Shown one piece after another: positions 53,708-63,536 of a stretch of DNA of 64,000 bases (the first letter of the stretch is position 1; each line of letters starts with the position of its first letter). The DNA is from Candidatus Kapaibacterium sp. (GTDB lineage: Bacteria; Bacteroidota; Ignavibacteria; Kapaibacteriales; UBA2268): contig JAONBD010000001.1 of assembly GCA_028376765.1 (NCBI GenBank), forward strand, positions 17,715-81,714, given 5' to 3'. The notes beneath the pieces were generated by a model. The model did no database searches and had not been told where the DNA came from. It saw only the letters and a list, made by a program, of their open reading frames with translations. Made by a program: the position numbers and the translations under genes.

Positions 53708-53961
53708 GCGTCTTGCAGAATGTTTCTACCGCAGTATTCGTTGGCTCTTTTTTGGGCGTAAGCTACCAAAGCCAAAACAAAATACAAGAAAAGCATTTAT
53801 CCATATTTTGCAAACCGTTTATAAAATATTGGGGTGAAAATTTGCATATCAAATTAGTATTAAATTTATCTAATTATTCAACTTAAAAAAATTTGAATTT
53901 ATTTTGTATATTAGACCTAACAGTATTCTTTAAATTTTTGAAAAAGTAAAACAGTCAAAAA

Positions 53962-56900
53962 ATGAATTTAGAACTTATTTTAAATAGAATAGATCTCTTT
54001 GTTGTTGAAATCATATTAAATGATAACAAATTTAATATAATAGACTTGAACAAAACAGCCGAAATGGTCTTTGCTAACCATAGCAAAGAAGAATTTTTAA
54101 GAAATATTGATGGTAAGTTAAAAGAGTGTTTTTACACAAAAAATGAGCTTAATACTGAACTTCAAATTGGAGATTTCTTTTTTAATTTTGAGCTTATTCC
54201 AATTAATGAAATTATACATTGTATTGGGAAAGATGTAACTAATGAGCTTCAATTAAAGCAAAAAATTACTCATGTCTCTTATGACATGGGGGAAAGAATT
54301 AAAGAGCTAAATTTATTAAATCAAGTTTCTGTGATTACTGAAAAGGTAGTAAAAGATTATGAAACAGTTTTTAGTGAAATTGTGAAATTAATCCCTCCAG
54401 CTTGGCAATTTCCTCAAATTACAAGTGCAAGAATAGAATTTTTAGATCAAATTCATGAAAGCGAAAACTTTAAAGAAAGCCAATGGTTATTAACTCAAGA
54501 TTTAGAATACAATGGCTTACCTTTAGGATCAATCGAAATATATTATAAAGAGAAAAAACCTTTAGCTTATAAAGGCCCATTTTTAGAAGAAGAAATCAAT
54601 CTACTTAATACCCTTTGCAGGTATATTGTGAGCTTCTACGAACGAAAATCCAACGCAACAAACATAAGAGATCTAAATAAAAACTTGGAAGAGCTTGTTG
54701 CAAAACAAACAACAGAATTATCAATGCAAACGACAGCATTAAATCAATCTGCAATAGTTTCTCTGGGGGATCGAAAAGGTAATATTATCGAGGTAAATGA
54801 TTATTTCTGTAAAATTTCCAAATTTGATAGAAATGAATTAATTGGAAAAAATCACAACATAATCAATAGCGGGTTTCACTCTAGAGAATTTTGGTTGGAC
54901 TTCTGGAATACTATTAAAAGAGGAAAAACTTGGAAGGGCCGAGTAAAAAACAAGGCAAAAGATGGTAGCTATTACTGGACTGAAACAGTAGTCGTACCTC
55001 AATTAAATGACAAAGGTTACCCCCACAAATTTCTTTCTATCCGCCTAGATATTACTGAACAAATTAAGGTTCAAGAGAATATTAAGAAACTTTCTGTTGC
55101 AATGGATCAAAATCCTGCTGCGGTTTTTATCACTAATACAAAAGGCGAAATTGAATATATCAACCCACAATTTACTGCAATAACAGGCTATTCTATTGAA
55201 GAAGCAGATGGGAAAACACCAAGTCTATTGTCATCAGGGTTAACACCACCAAAAGTTTATTCCAATCTTTGGAAGACTATTCAATCTGGCAAAATATGGA
55301 GAGGTGAGCTTCAAAATAAACATAAAGATGGAACAATATTTTGGGCAAGTATATCAATCTCAAATGTAAAAAATGAAAAAGGGGAAGTAACTCACTTTAT
55401 TGCAATTGAAGAAGACATATCTGAGCGAAAAGAGCAAGAAAAAATTATTAAAGAAAGCGAAGAAAGATTCAGCTCAATGTTGTCAAATGTTCCAGGTGTA
55501 ATATTTAGATGTAAGCTAGATAAAGATTGGACAATGTTATTCATGAGTGATAAAGTTAATGAATTGATTGGCTACCCTAAGGAAGCATACTTAAAAGGAA
55601 AGCTTACATTTAATGATACAATTCATCCTGATGATAGAGAATTTGTTGCAGATCAAATTGAAACACAGCTGAAGAATAATAATTCGTACACAATTGAATA
55701 CCGGATCATAACAGCTTTAGGCGATGTTAAATGGATTAGCGAGCAAGGAACAGTATCCTCTGAAAATAATAAAGAGAAATTGCTCGATGGCGCAATGTTC
55801 GATATCACTGGAAGGAAAGAAGCAGAGCAGGGAAAGGAGCAGGATAAACAAATGATCGAGCTTGCAGTTCAAAGCGGTGGACTTGCTATTTGGGAATGGA
55901 ATTTGGAAGATGATGAGCTAAGTGCAAATGACACTTGGTACAAAATGTTCGATATAAAAAAGGATAACAAGAATAAGGTTGATGAGTATGATTCTAGAAT
56001 ACATCACGATGATGTTGAAATCGTTGAAAAAACATTTTTAGATCACATCACTGGCAAATCAAATAAATATGAACTTGAATTCAGGTACTTGTCTAGAGAT
56101 ATGCAGAGCTACAAATGGATTTCTGGAATTGGTAAAATAGTAAAGTGGAATGAAGATGGGTCTCCATTAATTTTCATGGGTATAAATCAAGATATATCAA
56201 GACGGAAAGAGCAAGAGAATGAAATACTAAAAAGTAAAGAGAGATTTAAAATCGCTACAGAAAGTGCTGGTCTTGCAACTTGGGAGTGGTTTGTTAAGGA
56301 AGATAAAACTGTTGCTTCAGAAAAGTATCTTGATGTATTTGGATTTGATCCCGCAATAGTAAAAGTATCTGATGAATGGGCAAAGAGATTACATCCTGAT
56401 GATTCGGAAGCAACATTCCAAGCACTGACCGATCATCTAGAAGGTAAAACGGAGTCATATTACTCTGAATTCAGATATAGACATCCTAAGTATGAGCAGT
56501 ATATTTGGCTAAGTGGAGCAGGTAAAGTTGTTGAGAAATATGATGATGGATCACCTAAAATTTTAATGGGAATTAATGAGGATATAACGGAGAGAAAAGA
56601 AGCTGAAGAAAAACTTAAGGTTTCAGAAGAACAGCTCAATTACGCACTTGAAGCTACTGGAGAAGGCGTTTGGGATTGGTTTATTCCAGAAGAAAAGGTG
56701 AAACATAATATTACATGGTGTGATATTCTCCAAGTTGATTATGATAAAGTGGAACATGGAATGGATTTCTTCGCTCAATTAATTTATGAGGAAGATCGCG
56801 AAGAAGTGATGGCGAAAGTCAATGATTGTTTGGAAGGGAAAGCCGATTATAAGTCTACTCACAGAATGATAAATCCTGATGGAAGGATAATATGGGTTGA

Positions 56901-59900
56901 TGACAAAGGAATTGTAGTTCAAAGGGGAAATAAGGGTGAGCCATTGCGAATGGTAGGATCCATAACTGATATAACAGATAGAATAGAAAATGAAAAAGCA
57001 ATTACTTTTGAAAAGAATAAAGCTCAACTTCTAAAAGATATTGCTCTTGAAGCTTATAATTCAGATCTTATAGATGGAATTATAACTCTTTCATTAACAT
57101 ATGTAGCAAAATTTAAAAACTGGCCAGTAGGCCATGCCTATATTTTGAATAATGATAAAACAATTCTAAAACCTTCTGGTTTATGGTATTCAAATAGCAA
57201 ATACAATTCTGAAAATTTTATTGAAATAACAAACAATACAGATTTCAAAATTGGTACAGGTTTACCAGGAAGAGTATGGAAAACTAAAAAAGCTGCTTGG
57301 ATAGAAAATGTACTCTTAGATAATAATTTTCCTAGAAATAAAGCTGCAAAAGAACTGGGAGTAAAAGGAGGTTTTGCTTTCCCAATTATAATTGATAACC
57401 AAGTTTTTGGTGTTCTGGAATTTTTCTCAAAAGAAGAAGAAAAACCAGATGATGATTTACTAGATTTAGTAGAACAAATTGGGATACAACTAGGTTTTGC
57501 TATTGATAAAAAAATCTCAGAAGAGGAAATAATAAAAGCAGGCCTAACCAGTAAAACAGCACTTGATTTAAGTAAATCTGGTGCTTGGGAAGTTGAAGTT
57601 GCTGGTGTTGAAATGCAAGACATGAAATTTAAGGTTACAGATGAACTGATAACTCTACTTGGTGTTAAAAGTTTTAAAAATGGTTACGTGAATATCTCTG
57701 ATTATATGAGAGTAATTCAAGAAGTTAGCCCTGAAGATGCAAAATTAGTTATGGAAAATATGGCTAATACACTTCAAGGAGAGTCTAATGATTATGATAT
57801 AACTCATAAATATAAAAAAGAAACAAATGATGAAATAGTTTGGATCCGGAATAAGGGAACGGTAATAAGAGATGAAAATGGTTATCCAGTTAGAATGATG
57901 GGTGTAGCTCAGGATATTACGGATATAAAAAATGCTGAAGAAGAATTAAAAAGAAATAATATACTAGTAGAAAATGCTCTTGATTTATCAAAATCTGCTT
58001 TTTGGTATACTGATTTAAATAATCCAGAATATTATGTTTCCTCTGACAAATTAGAAGAAATATTTGGAGAAGAACATAAACCTGATTACAAATACTACCT
58101 CGAAGAAGATTGGCTAAAAAGAATTTCAGAGATAAGCCCTGAATTAGCAGATGCTGCTGGTGTTAACTATAACGAAGCAATAGAAGGCAAAAGACCTAGA
58201 TACGATGTGATATATCCTTATAAGCGTCCTAAAGATGGTAAAGTTATTTGGGCTCATGCAATAGGCGAGGTAGTAAGAGATGACAATGGAAAACCCATAG
58301 AAGTCTTAGGAGTTGTCCAAGATATTACAGATGAAAAACAAAAAGAAGAAGAATTAATTGAAAACAGGGCTTTGATGCAGTCCCTTTATGATTCTATACC
58401 TGATCTGATTTTTGCAAAAAATACCAGTGGAAATTACGTACAAGCAAATACGGCATTTAAGAAGTTCATAGGTATGGAAAATAATGATGTAATAGGCAAA
58501 ACTGATTATGATTTATTCCCTAAAGATACGGCTGATTTTTTCAGAGAGAATGACAAAAAAATGTTGGACCAAGGCTTTAAGAGAAATAACGAGGAATGGG
58601 TAGATTATCCTGATGGGAGCAAGGTCTTACTTGATACTTTAAAAACACCATTTTTTGATTTAAATGGCACATTATTAGGTTTGTTAGGTATAAGCCGAGA
58701 TATTACCGAACGAAACAAAGCTCAAGAAAAGCTTGAAAAAGCAATTCAAGCAGCTGACGCTGCTAATTCAGCAAAATCTCAATTCCTTGCTAATATGAGC
58801 CATGAGATCAGAACTCCAATGAATGCAATTATTGGATTAACTCATCTAGCTTTGAAGACAGACTTGGATAAAAAACAACACGATTATTTATCAAAAGTTG
58901 AAAAATCTGCTAAATCTCTTCTAGGGATTATAAATGACATTCTTGATTTTTCTAAGATAGAAGCTGGTAAATTATCAGTTGAACATATCGAGTTTGATAT
59001 TGAACAGGTAATCGATACAGTTTCTAACCTAATAACATTCAAAGCTCAGCAAAAAGGTCTTGAACTTGTATTTGGTATTGATCACGAAATCCCAGTAAAT
59101 CTAGTTGGTGACCCTTTGCGATTAGGTCAGATTATTACTAATCTTTGTTCAAATTCTGTGAAATTTACTGATAATGGAGAAATCTTTGTTTATGTTAAAA
59201 GAGTAATGGATAGCTCTAAAGAAATTAAACTTGAATTCTCTGTGAAAGATACTGGTATTGGAATGACACAAGACCAAGTAAATAAACTTTTCCAATCATT
59301 CACCCAAGCTGATAGCTCTACTACTAGAAAGTATGGTGGAACTGGACTTGGACTTACTATATCTAAAAGTTTAGTAGAGATGATGAATGGAGATATATGG
59401 ATTGAATCTGAACCTGATGTTGGTACGACTTTCTATTTCACTGCTGTTTTTGATAGATCTAATAACGAAAGAGATAGAACATTTACTCCAAGTGTAGATT
59501 TAAGAGGTATGAAGGTTCTTATTTGTGATGATAATTCAACTTCATTAAAAGTTCTGCAAGAAGCATTAGAATCTTTTTCTTTTGAAGTTCATACTGTTAG
59601 TTCGGGTAGCGAAGCAATAGGTGAATTGCAGAGGTCTAAAGACCAACCTTATGAACTAGTGCTGATGGATTGGAATATGCCTGAAATGGATGGTATTGAA
59701 ACTTCAGATATAATTAAGCATGATGCATTAATTCCTCAAATACCAGTTGTAATTATGGTTACAGCCTATGATAGAGAAGAATTAATTAGTCAGGCCAATA
59801 AAGTAGGTATAGATGCTTTCCTTGTGAAGCCAGTTAACTACTCCTTACTATTTGATACAATAATGGAATTGTTTGGTAAGGGCAATACTAAGAGATCTAG

Positions 59901-60972
59901 AAAACATAAAGACGGAACAAAACATGAATTTGCTCTAAATGAAATAAAAGGTGCAAATATATTGTTGGTAGAAGATAATGAAATCAACCAACAAGTCGCA
60001 ACTGAACTTTTTGAAAGTTCTGGTTTTAATGTTGATGTTGCAGATAATGGGCAAATTGCTGTTGATAAGGTTAAAGAAAATGGTCCAGAAGCTTATGATA
60101 TAGTATTAATGGATCTTCAAATGCCAGTTATGGATGGTTATACTTCTACTAAAACAATTAGGCAGGATTATACATCAGAACAAATTAAAATTGTTGCTAT
60201 GACAGCAGATGCTATGGTCGGTATCAAGGAAAAGTGTATTGATGTTGGAATGCAAGATTTTGTTACTAAACCAATTGATCCTGATGAAGTTTTTGGTGCA
60301 TTGGTAAAGTGGATCAAGCCAAGAGAAGGAATGGTTCAAAATGTTAAAAAATCAGATGCGAAATCTGATATTACTATCCCTGATCTTAATTCAATTAATA
60401 CTGAATCTGGACTAAAGCGATTGGCTGATAACAAAAAATTATACTTATCATTATTAAGTAAATTTTTAAAAAAGAATGAGGACTTCATATCCGACTTAAT
60501 TACTGATTTTGATAAAAATGACAGAGAAGCTTCTGTTAGAAAAGCCCATACATTAAAAGGCGTTTCAGGAAATATTGGTGCTGAAAAAGTGTTTAATCAT
60601 TCTAAAACAATGGAAGATAAATTAAACGAAGATTCTTTTATTCCAGTTAGTGGTAATACTTTTGAGCTGAAAAATGCAATTGATGAGGTAATTAAAGAAC
60701 TGAAAGAAAAATTAGTAGAAAATAGCAATTCCGAATCAAACGATGATAAAAAATTGGATAAAGCAGAGCTATCTAAATTATTTAATATCCTTTTGGATTT
60801 ACTTAGTGAAGATGATTTTGATTCATCAAACACCTTAGATGAAATACTAGATCTTGATGGGTTAGGCACATTACGATTGAAATTTGAATCTATAAAAGAC
60901 TCAGTTTCCGGTTACGACTTTGAAGAAGCTTTAGAAAAAGCAGAAGAATTGAAAAAGGATGTTGATGTATAA
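53962..60972 (+). CDS. Giant cytoplasmic multi-sensor unorthodox hybrid histidine kinase (roughly 10 PAS/PAC plus a GAF domain, then HisKA, HATPase_c, two REC domains, C-terminal HPt)
   Basis: No signal or TM segment. There are repeated PAC-like motifs (...KDGS/T..W......). The GAF region is near 57.2-57.5 kb. The H-box ANMSHEIRTPMNAIIGL is near 58.8 kb, with G1/G2 boxes (DTGIGM, GGTGLGL). REC Asp contexts are LVLMDWNMPEMDG and IVLMDLQMPVMDG. The HPt motif is KAHTLKGVSGNIGA. Confidence 0.85.
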   Translation: MNLELILNRIDLFVVEIILNDNKFNIIDLNKTAEMVFANHSKEEFLRNIDGKLKECFYTKNELNTELQIGDFFFNFELIPINEIIHCIGKDVTNELQLKQKITHVSYDMGERIKELNLLNQVSVITEKVVKDYETVFSEIVKLIPPAWQFPQITSARIEFLDQIHESENFKESQWLLTQDLEYNGLPLGSIEIYYKEKKPLAYKGPFLEEEINLLNTLCRYIVSFYERKSNATNIRDLNKNLEELVAKQTTELSMQTTALNQSAIVSLGDRKGNIIEVNDYFCKISKFDRNELIGKNHNIINSGFHSREFWLDFWNTIKRGKTWKGRVKNKAKDGSYYWTETVVVPQLNDKGYPHKFLSIRLDITEQIKVQENIKKLSVAMDQNPAAVFITNTKGEIEYINPQFTAITGYSIEEADGKTPSLLSSGLTPPKVYSNLWKTIQSGKIWRGELQNKHKDGTIFWASISISNVKNEKGEVTHFIAIEEDISERKEQEKIIKESEERFSSMLSNVPGVIFRCKLDKDWTMLFMSDKVNELIGYPKEAYLKGKLTFNDTIHPDDREFVADQIETQLKNNNSYTIEYRIITALGDVKWISEQGTVSSENNKEKLLDGAMFDITGRKEAEQGKEQDKQMIELAVQSGGLAIWEWNLEDDELSANDTWYKMFDIKKDNKNKVDEYDSRIHHDDVEIVEKTFLDHITGKSNKYELEFRYLSRDMQSYKWISGIGKIVKWNEDGSPLIFMGINQDISRRKEQENEILKSKERFKIATESAGLATWEWFVKEDKTVASEKYLDVFGFDPAIVKVSDEWAKRLHPDDSEATFQALTDHLEGKTESYYSEFRYRHPKYEQYIWLSGAGKVVEKYDDGSPKILMGINEDITERKEAEEKLKVSEEQLNYALEATGEGVWDWFIPEEKVKHNITWCDILQVDYDKVEHGMDFFAQLIYEEDREEVMAKVNDCLEGKADYKSTHRMINPDGRIIWVDDKGIVVQRGNKGEPLRMVGSITDITDRIENEKAITFEKNKAQLLKDIALEAYNSDLIDGIITLSLTYVAKFKNWPVGHAYILNNDKTILKPSGLWYSNSKYNSENFIEITNNTDFKIGTGLPGRVWKTKKAAWIENVLLDNNFPRNKAAKELGVKGGFAFPIIIDNQVFGVLEFFSKEEEKPDDDLLDLVEQIGIQLGFAIDKKISEEEIIKAGLTSKTALDLSKSGAWEVEVAGVEMQDMKFKVTDELITLLGVKSFKNGYVNISDYMRVIQEVSPEDAKLVMENMANTLQGESNDYDITHKYKKETNDEIVWIRNKGTVIRDENGYPVRMMGVAQDITDIKNAEEELKRNNILVENALDLSKSAFWYTDLNNPEYYVSSDKLEEIFGEEHKPDYKYYLEEDWLKRISEISPELADAAGVNYNEAIEGKRPRYDVIYPYKRPKDGKVIWAHAIGEVVRDDNGKPIEVLGVVQDITDEKQKEEELIENRALMQSLYDSIPDLIFAKNTSGNYVQANTAFKKFIGMENNDVIGKTDYDLFPKDTADFFRENDKKMLDQGFKRNNEEWVDYPDGSKVLLDTLKTPFFDLNGTLLGLLGISRDITERNKAQEKLEKAIQAADAANSAKSQFLANMSHEIRTPMNAIIGLTHLALKTDLDKKQHDYLSKVEKSAKSLLGIINDILDFSKIEAGKLSVEHIEFDIEQVIDTVSNLITFKAQQKGLELVFGIDHEIPVNLVGDPLRLGQIITNLCSNSVKFTDNGEIFVYVKRVMDSSKEIKLEFSVKDTGIGMTQDQVNKLFQSFTQADSSTTRKYGGTGLGLTISKSLVEMMNGDIWIESEPDVGTTFYFTAVFDRSNNERDRTFTPSVDLRGMKVLICDDNSTSLKVLQEALESFSFEVHTVSSGSEAIGELQRSKDQPYELVLMDWNMPEMDGIETSDIIKHDALIPQIPVVIMVTAYDREELISQANKVGIDAFLVKPVNYSLLFDTIMELFGKGNTKRSRKHKDGTKHEFALNEIKGANILLVEDNEINQQVATELFESSGFNVDVADNGQIAVDKVKENGPEAYDIVLMDLQMPVMDGYTSTKTIRQDYTSEQIKIVAMTADAMVGIKEKCIDVGMQDFVTKPIDPDEVFGALVKWIKPREGMVQNVKKSDAKSDITIPDLNSINTESGLKRLADNKKLYLSLLSKFLKKNEDFISDLITDFDKNDREASVRKAHTLKGVSGNIGAEKVFNHSKTMEDKLNEDSFIPVSGNTFELKNAIDEVIKELKEKLVENSNSESNDDKKLDKAELSKLFNILLDLLSEDDFDSSNTLDEILDLDGLGTLRLKFESIKDSVSGYDFEEALEKAEELKKDVDV

Positions 60973-62140
60973 TAGCAGAATATTAATTGTTGATGATACC
61001 CCAGAGAATATAGATGTATTAGGTAATATTCTTAAGGATTACAAGAAAAGTGTTGCCTTGAATGGCAAAAAAGCAATTAAAATTGCAAACGAAAAATCAC
61101 CAGACCTTATTTTACTTGATATTATGATGCCTGGTATGGATGGTTTTGAAGTTTGTAAAATCCTAAAGGTAAATCCAAAAACAAAAGATATTCCTATAAT
61201 TTTTATTACAGCAAAAAATCAAGTTGAAGATGAAACTAAAGGACTTGAACTTGGAGCAGTTGACTTTATTTCTAAACCAATCTCACCACCATCTGTTTTG
61301 GCAAGGGTAAAAACACACCTTGAGTTAAGTAGGTCTAGAAACGAATTAACAACAAAAAACTCTAAATTACAAGAATTAAACAACCATATTTTAGAGTCGC
61401 TATCCTACGCTAAATTAATTCAAAAATCAGTTCTGCCCTGGGAATCCCAAATAGATAAATTATTTAAAGATTATTTTATTCTTTTTAAACCACAGGATAT
61501 TGTATCAGGGGATTATTATTGGATGCAACAAAATGATAAATATTCTTGGTTAGCAGTATGTGATTGTACAGGGCATGGAGTTCCAGGGGCTATGTTATCA
61601 ATGATAGGTTCAAAGATTATGGATGATTGTATATTGAGTGAACAGATTTATGATTGTGATTTAATTTTAGAAAAATTTGATAAAAAGTTTTCCGATTCCC
61701 TTAATAAAAGTGAAAATGCAAATTATTTGAGAGACACAATTGATGTTTGTTTAATCAGAGTTGATAAAAAATCGAAGCTAATTCAGTTTTCAGGTGCAAA
61801 ACGACCACTACTTTTTATTAAAGATTCAGAATTACACGAAGTAAAAGGATCTAGAAAAGCTATTGGAGATTATTTTAAGAATACAAATTCTTTTGAGAGT
61901 CATGAACTTGATGTATCAGAAGTTAGCTATTTGTATTTAACTAGTGATGGTTTTCCAGATCAAAATGATCAGTTTGGAAAAAAACTTGGTTCCAAAAAAT
62001 TTAAAGAGCTTTTATTGAGCCACCACAACAAAAAAAGTTTAGAACAGAAGAATACTTTGTTGGGAGAACTTCATAATTTCCAAAAACAAGAATCTCAGAG
62101 AGATGATATAACGATAATCGGATGGAACCCAAATGAATGA
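60959..62140 (+). CDS. Response regulator with PP2C-type (SpoIIE/RsbU-like) Ser/Thr phosphatase output domain
   Basis: N-terminal REC (LILLDIMMPGMDGFEV). C-terminal PP2C motifs SGDYYW...DCTGHGV...DGF...DDITIIG. The start overlaps the kinase stop by 14 bp. Confidence 0.8.
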   Translation: MLMYNSRILIVDDTPENIDVLGNILKDYKKSVALNGKKAIKIANEKSPDLILLDIMMPGMDGFEVCKILKVNPKTKDIPIIFITAKNQVEDETKGLELGAVDFISKPISPPSVLARVKTHLELSRSRNELTTKNSKLQELNNHILESLSYAKLIQKSVLPWESQIDKLFKDYFILFKPQDIVSGDYYWMQQNDKYSWLAVCDCTGHGVPGAMLSMIGSKIMDDCILSEQIYDCDLILEKFDKKFSDSLNKSENANYLRDTIDVCLIRVDKKSKLIQFSGAKRPLLFIKDSELHEVKGSRKAIGDYFKNTNSFESHELDVSEVSYLYLTSDGFPDQNDQFGKKLGSKKFKELLLSHHNKKSLEQKNTLLGELHNFQKQESQRDDITIIGWNPNE

Positions 62141-62497
62141 AATAAATAAAATACTCATTGTTGATGATACTCCCGAAAACATTGATGTTCTTGGTGAAAT
62201 TCTAAAAGATCATAAAAAGTTTGTTGCCCTTAATGGAGAAAAAGCTCTAAAAATTGCTGAAAACAAATTACCAGATTTAATTTTACTTGATATTATGATG
62301 CCTGGTATGGATGGTTTTGAAGTTTGCTCCAAGCTTAAAGAAAATACGATAACTAAAAATATACCAGTTATTTTTATTACAGCAAAAAACCAGATCGAAG
62401 ATGAAACAAGGGGTTTAGAGCTAGGTGCAGTGGATTTCATTTCAAAACCAATTAGCCCTCCTATAGTATTGGCAAGAATAAAAAATCATCTTGAATT
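60977..62497 (+). repeat. Tandem paralogous REC-domain coding segments (60977-61320 and 62154-62497), about 80% aa / 75-80% nt identical, including an identical 44-bp stretch
   Basis: MLMYNSRILIVDDTPENIDVLGNILKDYKK... versus MNEINKILIVDDTPENIDVLGEILKDHKK.... TTACTTGATATTATGATGCCTGGTATGGATGGTTTTGAAGTTTG is identical in both. Confidence 0.8.
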
Positions 62498-63536
62498 AAT
62501 AAGTTCCAGAAATATATTGGAAATTAATAATAAAGAACTCGAATCTACACTGGTAGAGCTTAAACAAACTCAGTCTCAATTAATTCAAAATGAAAAAATG
62601 GCAGCTCTAGGTCAGCTTGTTGCAGGGGTTGCACATGAGATAAATACTCCACTAGGTGCTATTAAGTCTTCAAATTCTAATCAAATTGTGAACGTAGAAT
62701 TTATAGTAAATACTCTTCCTAAAGTTTTATCTCAACTGAACCAAGACCAACTTGATGCCTATCAAAATTTATTAAAATCAGGGTCAAAATCCCAACAGGT
62801 TTTGAGCTCACGAGAAGAGAGACAGCTAAAAAAATCACTTAAGCTTCAGCTTAAAGAAAACTCTTTTAACGAATCGTTTGCAGAAAATTTAGCTAATGCT
62901 GGAATCTATGAGATTGATAGTGATACAAAACAAATTTTATCCCTTAATTCAGAAGAAATAATTAAATCTTTATCAAAGATTAATGGGCTAAAAACATCAG
63001 CTGAAATTATTAAATTAGCTTTAGATAAAGTTAGCAAAATTGTATTTGCTTTGAAAAATTTCTCTCGACATGATTTTTCTGAGACAAAAGCTTACGCTAA
63101 TTTGTCAAGTGGGCTGGATTCTGTATTAATTATATATAATAATCAGATAAAGCAAGGGGTTGAAATTGTAAAAGATTATTCCTTTACCTCACAAATTATG
63201 TGCTATGAAGACCAACTTAATCAAGTTTGGACTAATATTATACATAATGCACTACAGGCTATGAAAAATAGCGGAACCATAGAAATAAAAACAATACTAG
63301 AAGGTGATATGGTTAAAGTCTCTATTTCTGATAATGGGCCTGGTATCCCAGAAGATATACAGAAAAAGATTTTTGATCCCTTTTTCACAACTAAAGAAGC
63401 TGGCGAAGGTACTGGAATTGGACTTGATATTGCAACAAAAATTATTGCAAAGCACGAAGGAAGAATTACATTTGAGTCCCAAATTGGTAAGGGAACAACA
63501 TTTTACATTTATCTACCGGCATTAACAAATGAATAA
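62133..63536 (+). CDS. Hybrid response-regulator/histidine kinase (REC + HisKA + HATPase_c)
   Basis: REC domain, then the H-box LVAGVAHEINTPLGAI and ATPase motifs (DNGPGI, GTGIGL). Overlaps the upstream stop by 8 bp. Confidence 0.8.
   Translation: MNEINKILIVDDTPENIDVLGEILKDHKKFVALNGEKALKIAENKLPDLILLDIMMPGMDGFEVCSKLKENTITKNIPVIFITAKNQIEDETRGLELGAVDFISKPISPPIVLARIKNHLELISSRNILEINNKELESTLVELKQTQSQLIQNEKMAALGQLVAGVAHEINTPLGAIKSSNSNQIVNVEFIVNTLPKVLSQLNQDQLDAYQNLLKSGSKSQQVLSSREERQLKKSLKLQLKENSFNESFAENLANAGIYEIDSDTKQILSLNSEEIIKSLSKINGLKTSAEIIKLALDKVSKIVFALKNFSRHDFSETKAYANLSSGLDSVLIIYNNQIKQGVEIVKDYSFTSQIMCYEDQLNQVWTNIIHNALQAMKNSGTIEIKTILEGDMVKVSISDNGPGIPEDIQKKIFDPFFTTKEAGEGTGIGLDIATKIIAKHEGRITFESQIGKGTTFYIYLPALTNE

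Noticed and set aside
53649-53886. Two overlapping 61-62-aa plus-strand ORFs in the right repeat/promoter region
   Set aside because: They lie within repeat and promoter DNA, have no RBS or coding signal, and overlap each other in different frames.
57138-57623. 161-aa minus-strand ORF and other short ORFs (56779-57027, 60597-60869, 62210-62440, 63297-63525) inside the kinase genes
   Set aside because: Antisense or shadow ORFs within long, well-supported signalling genes. Low-complexity Ser-rich translations.
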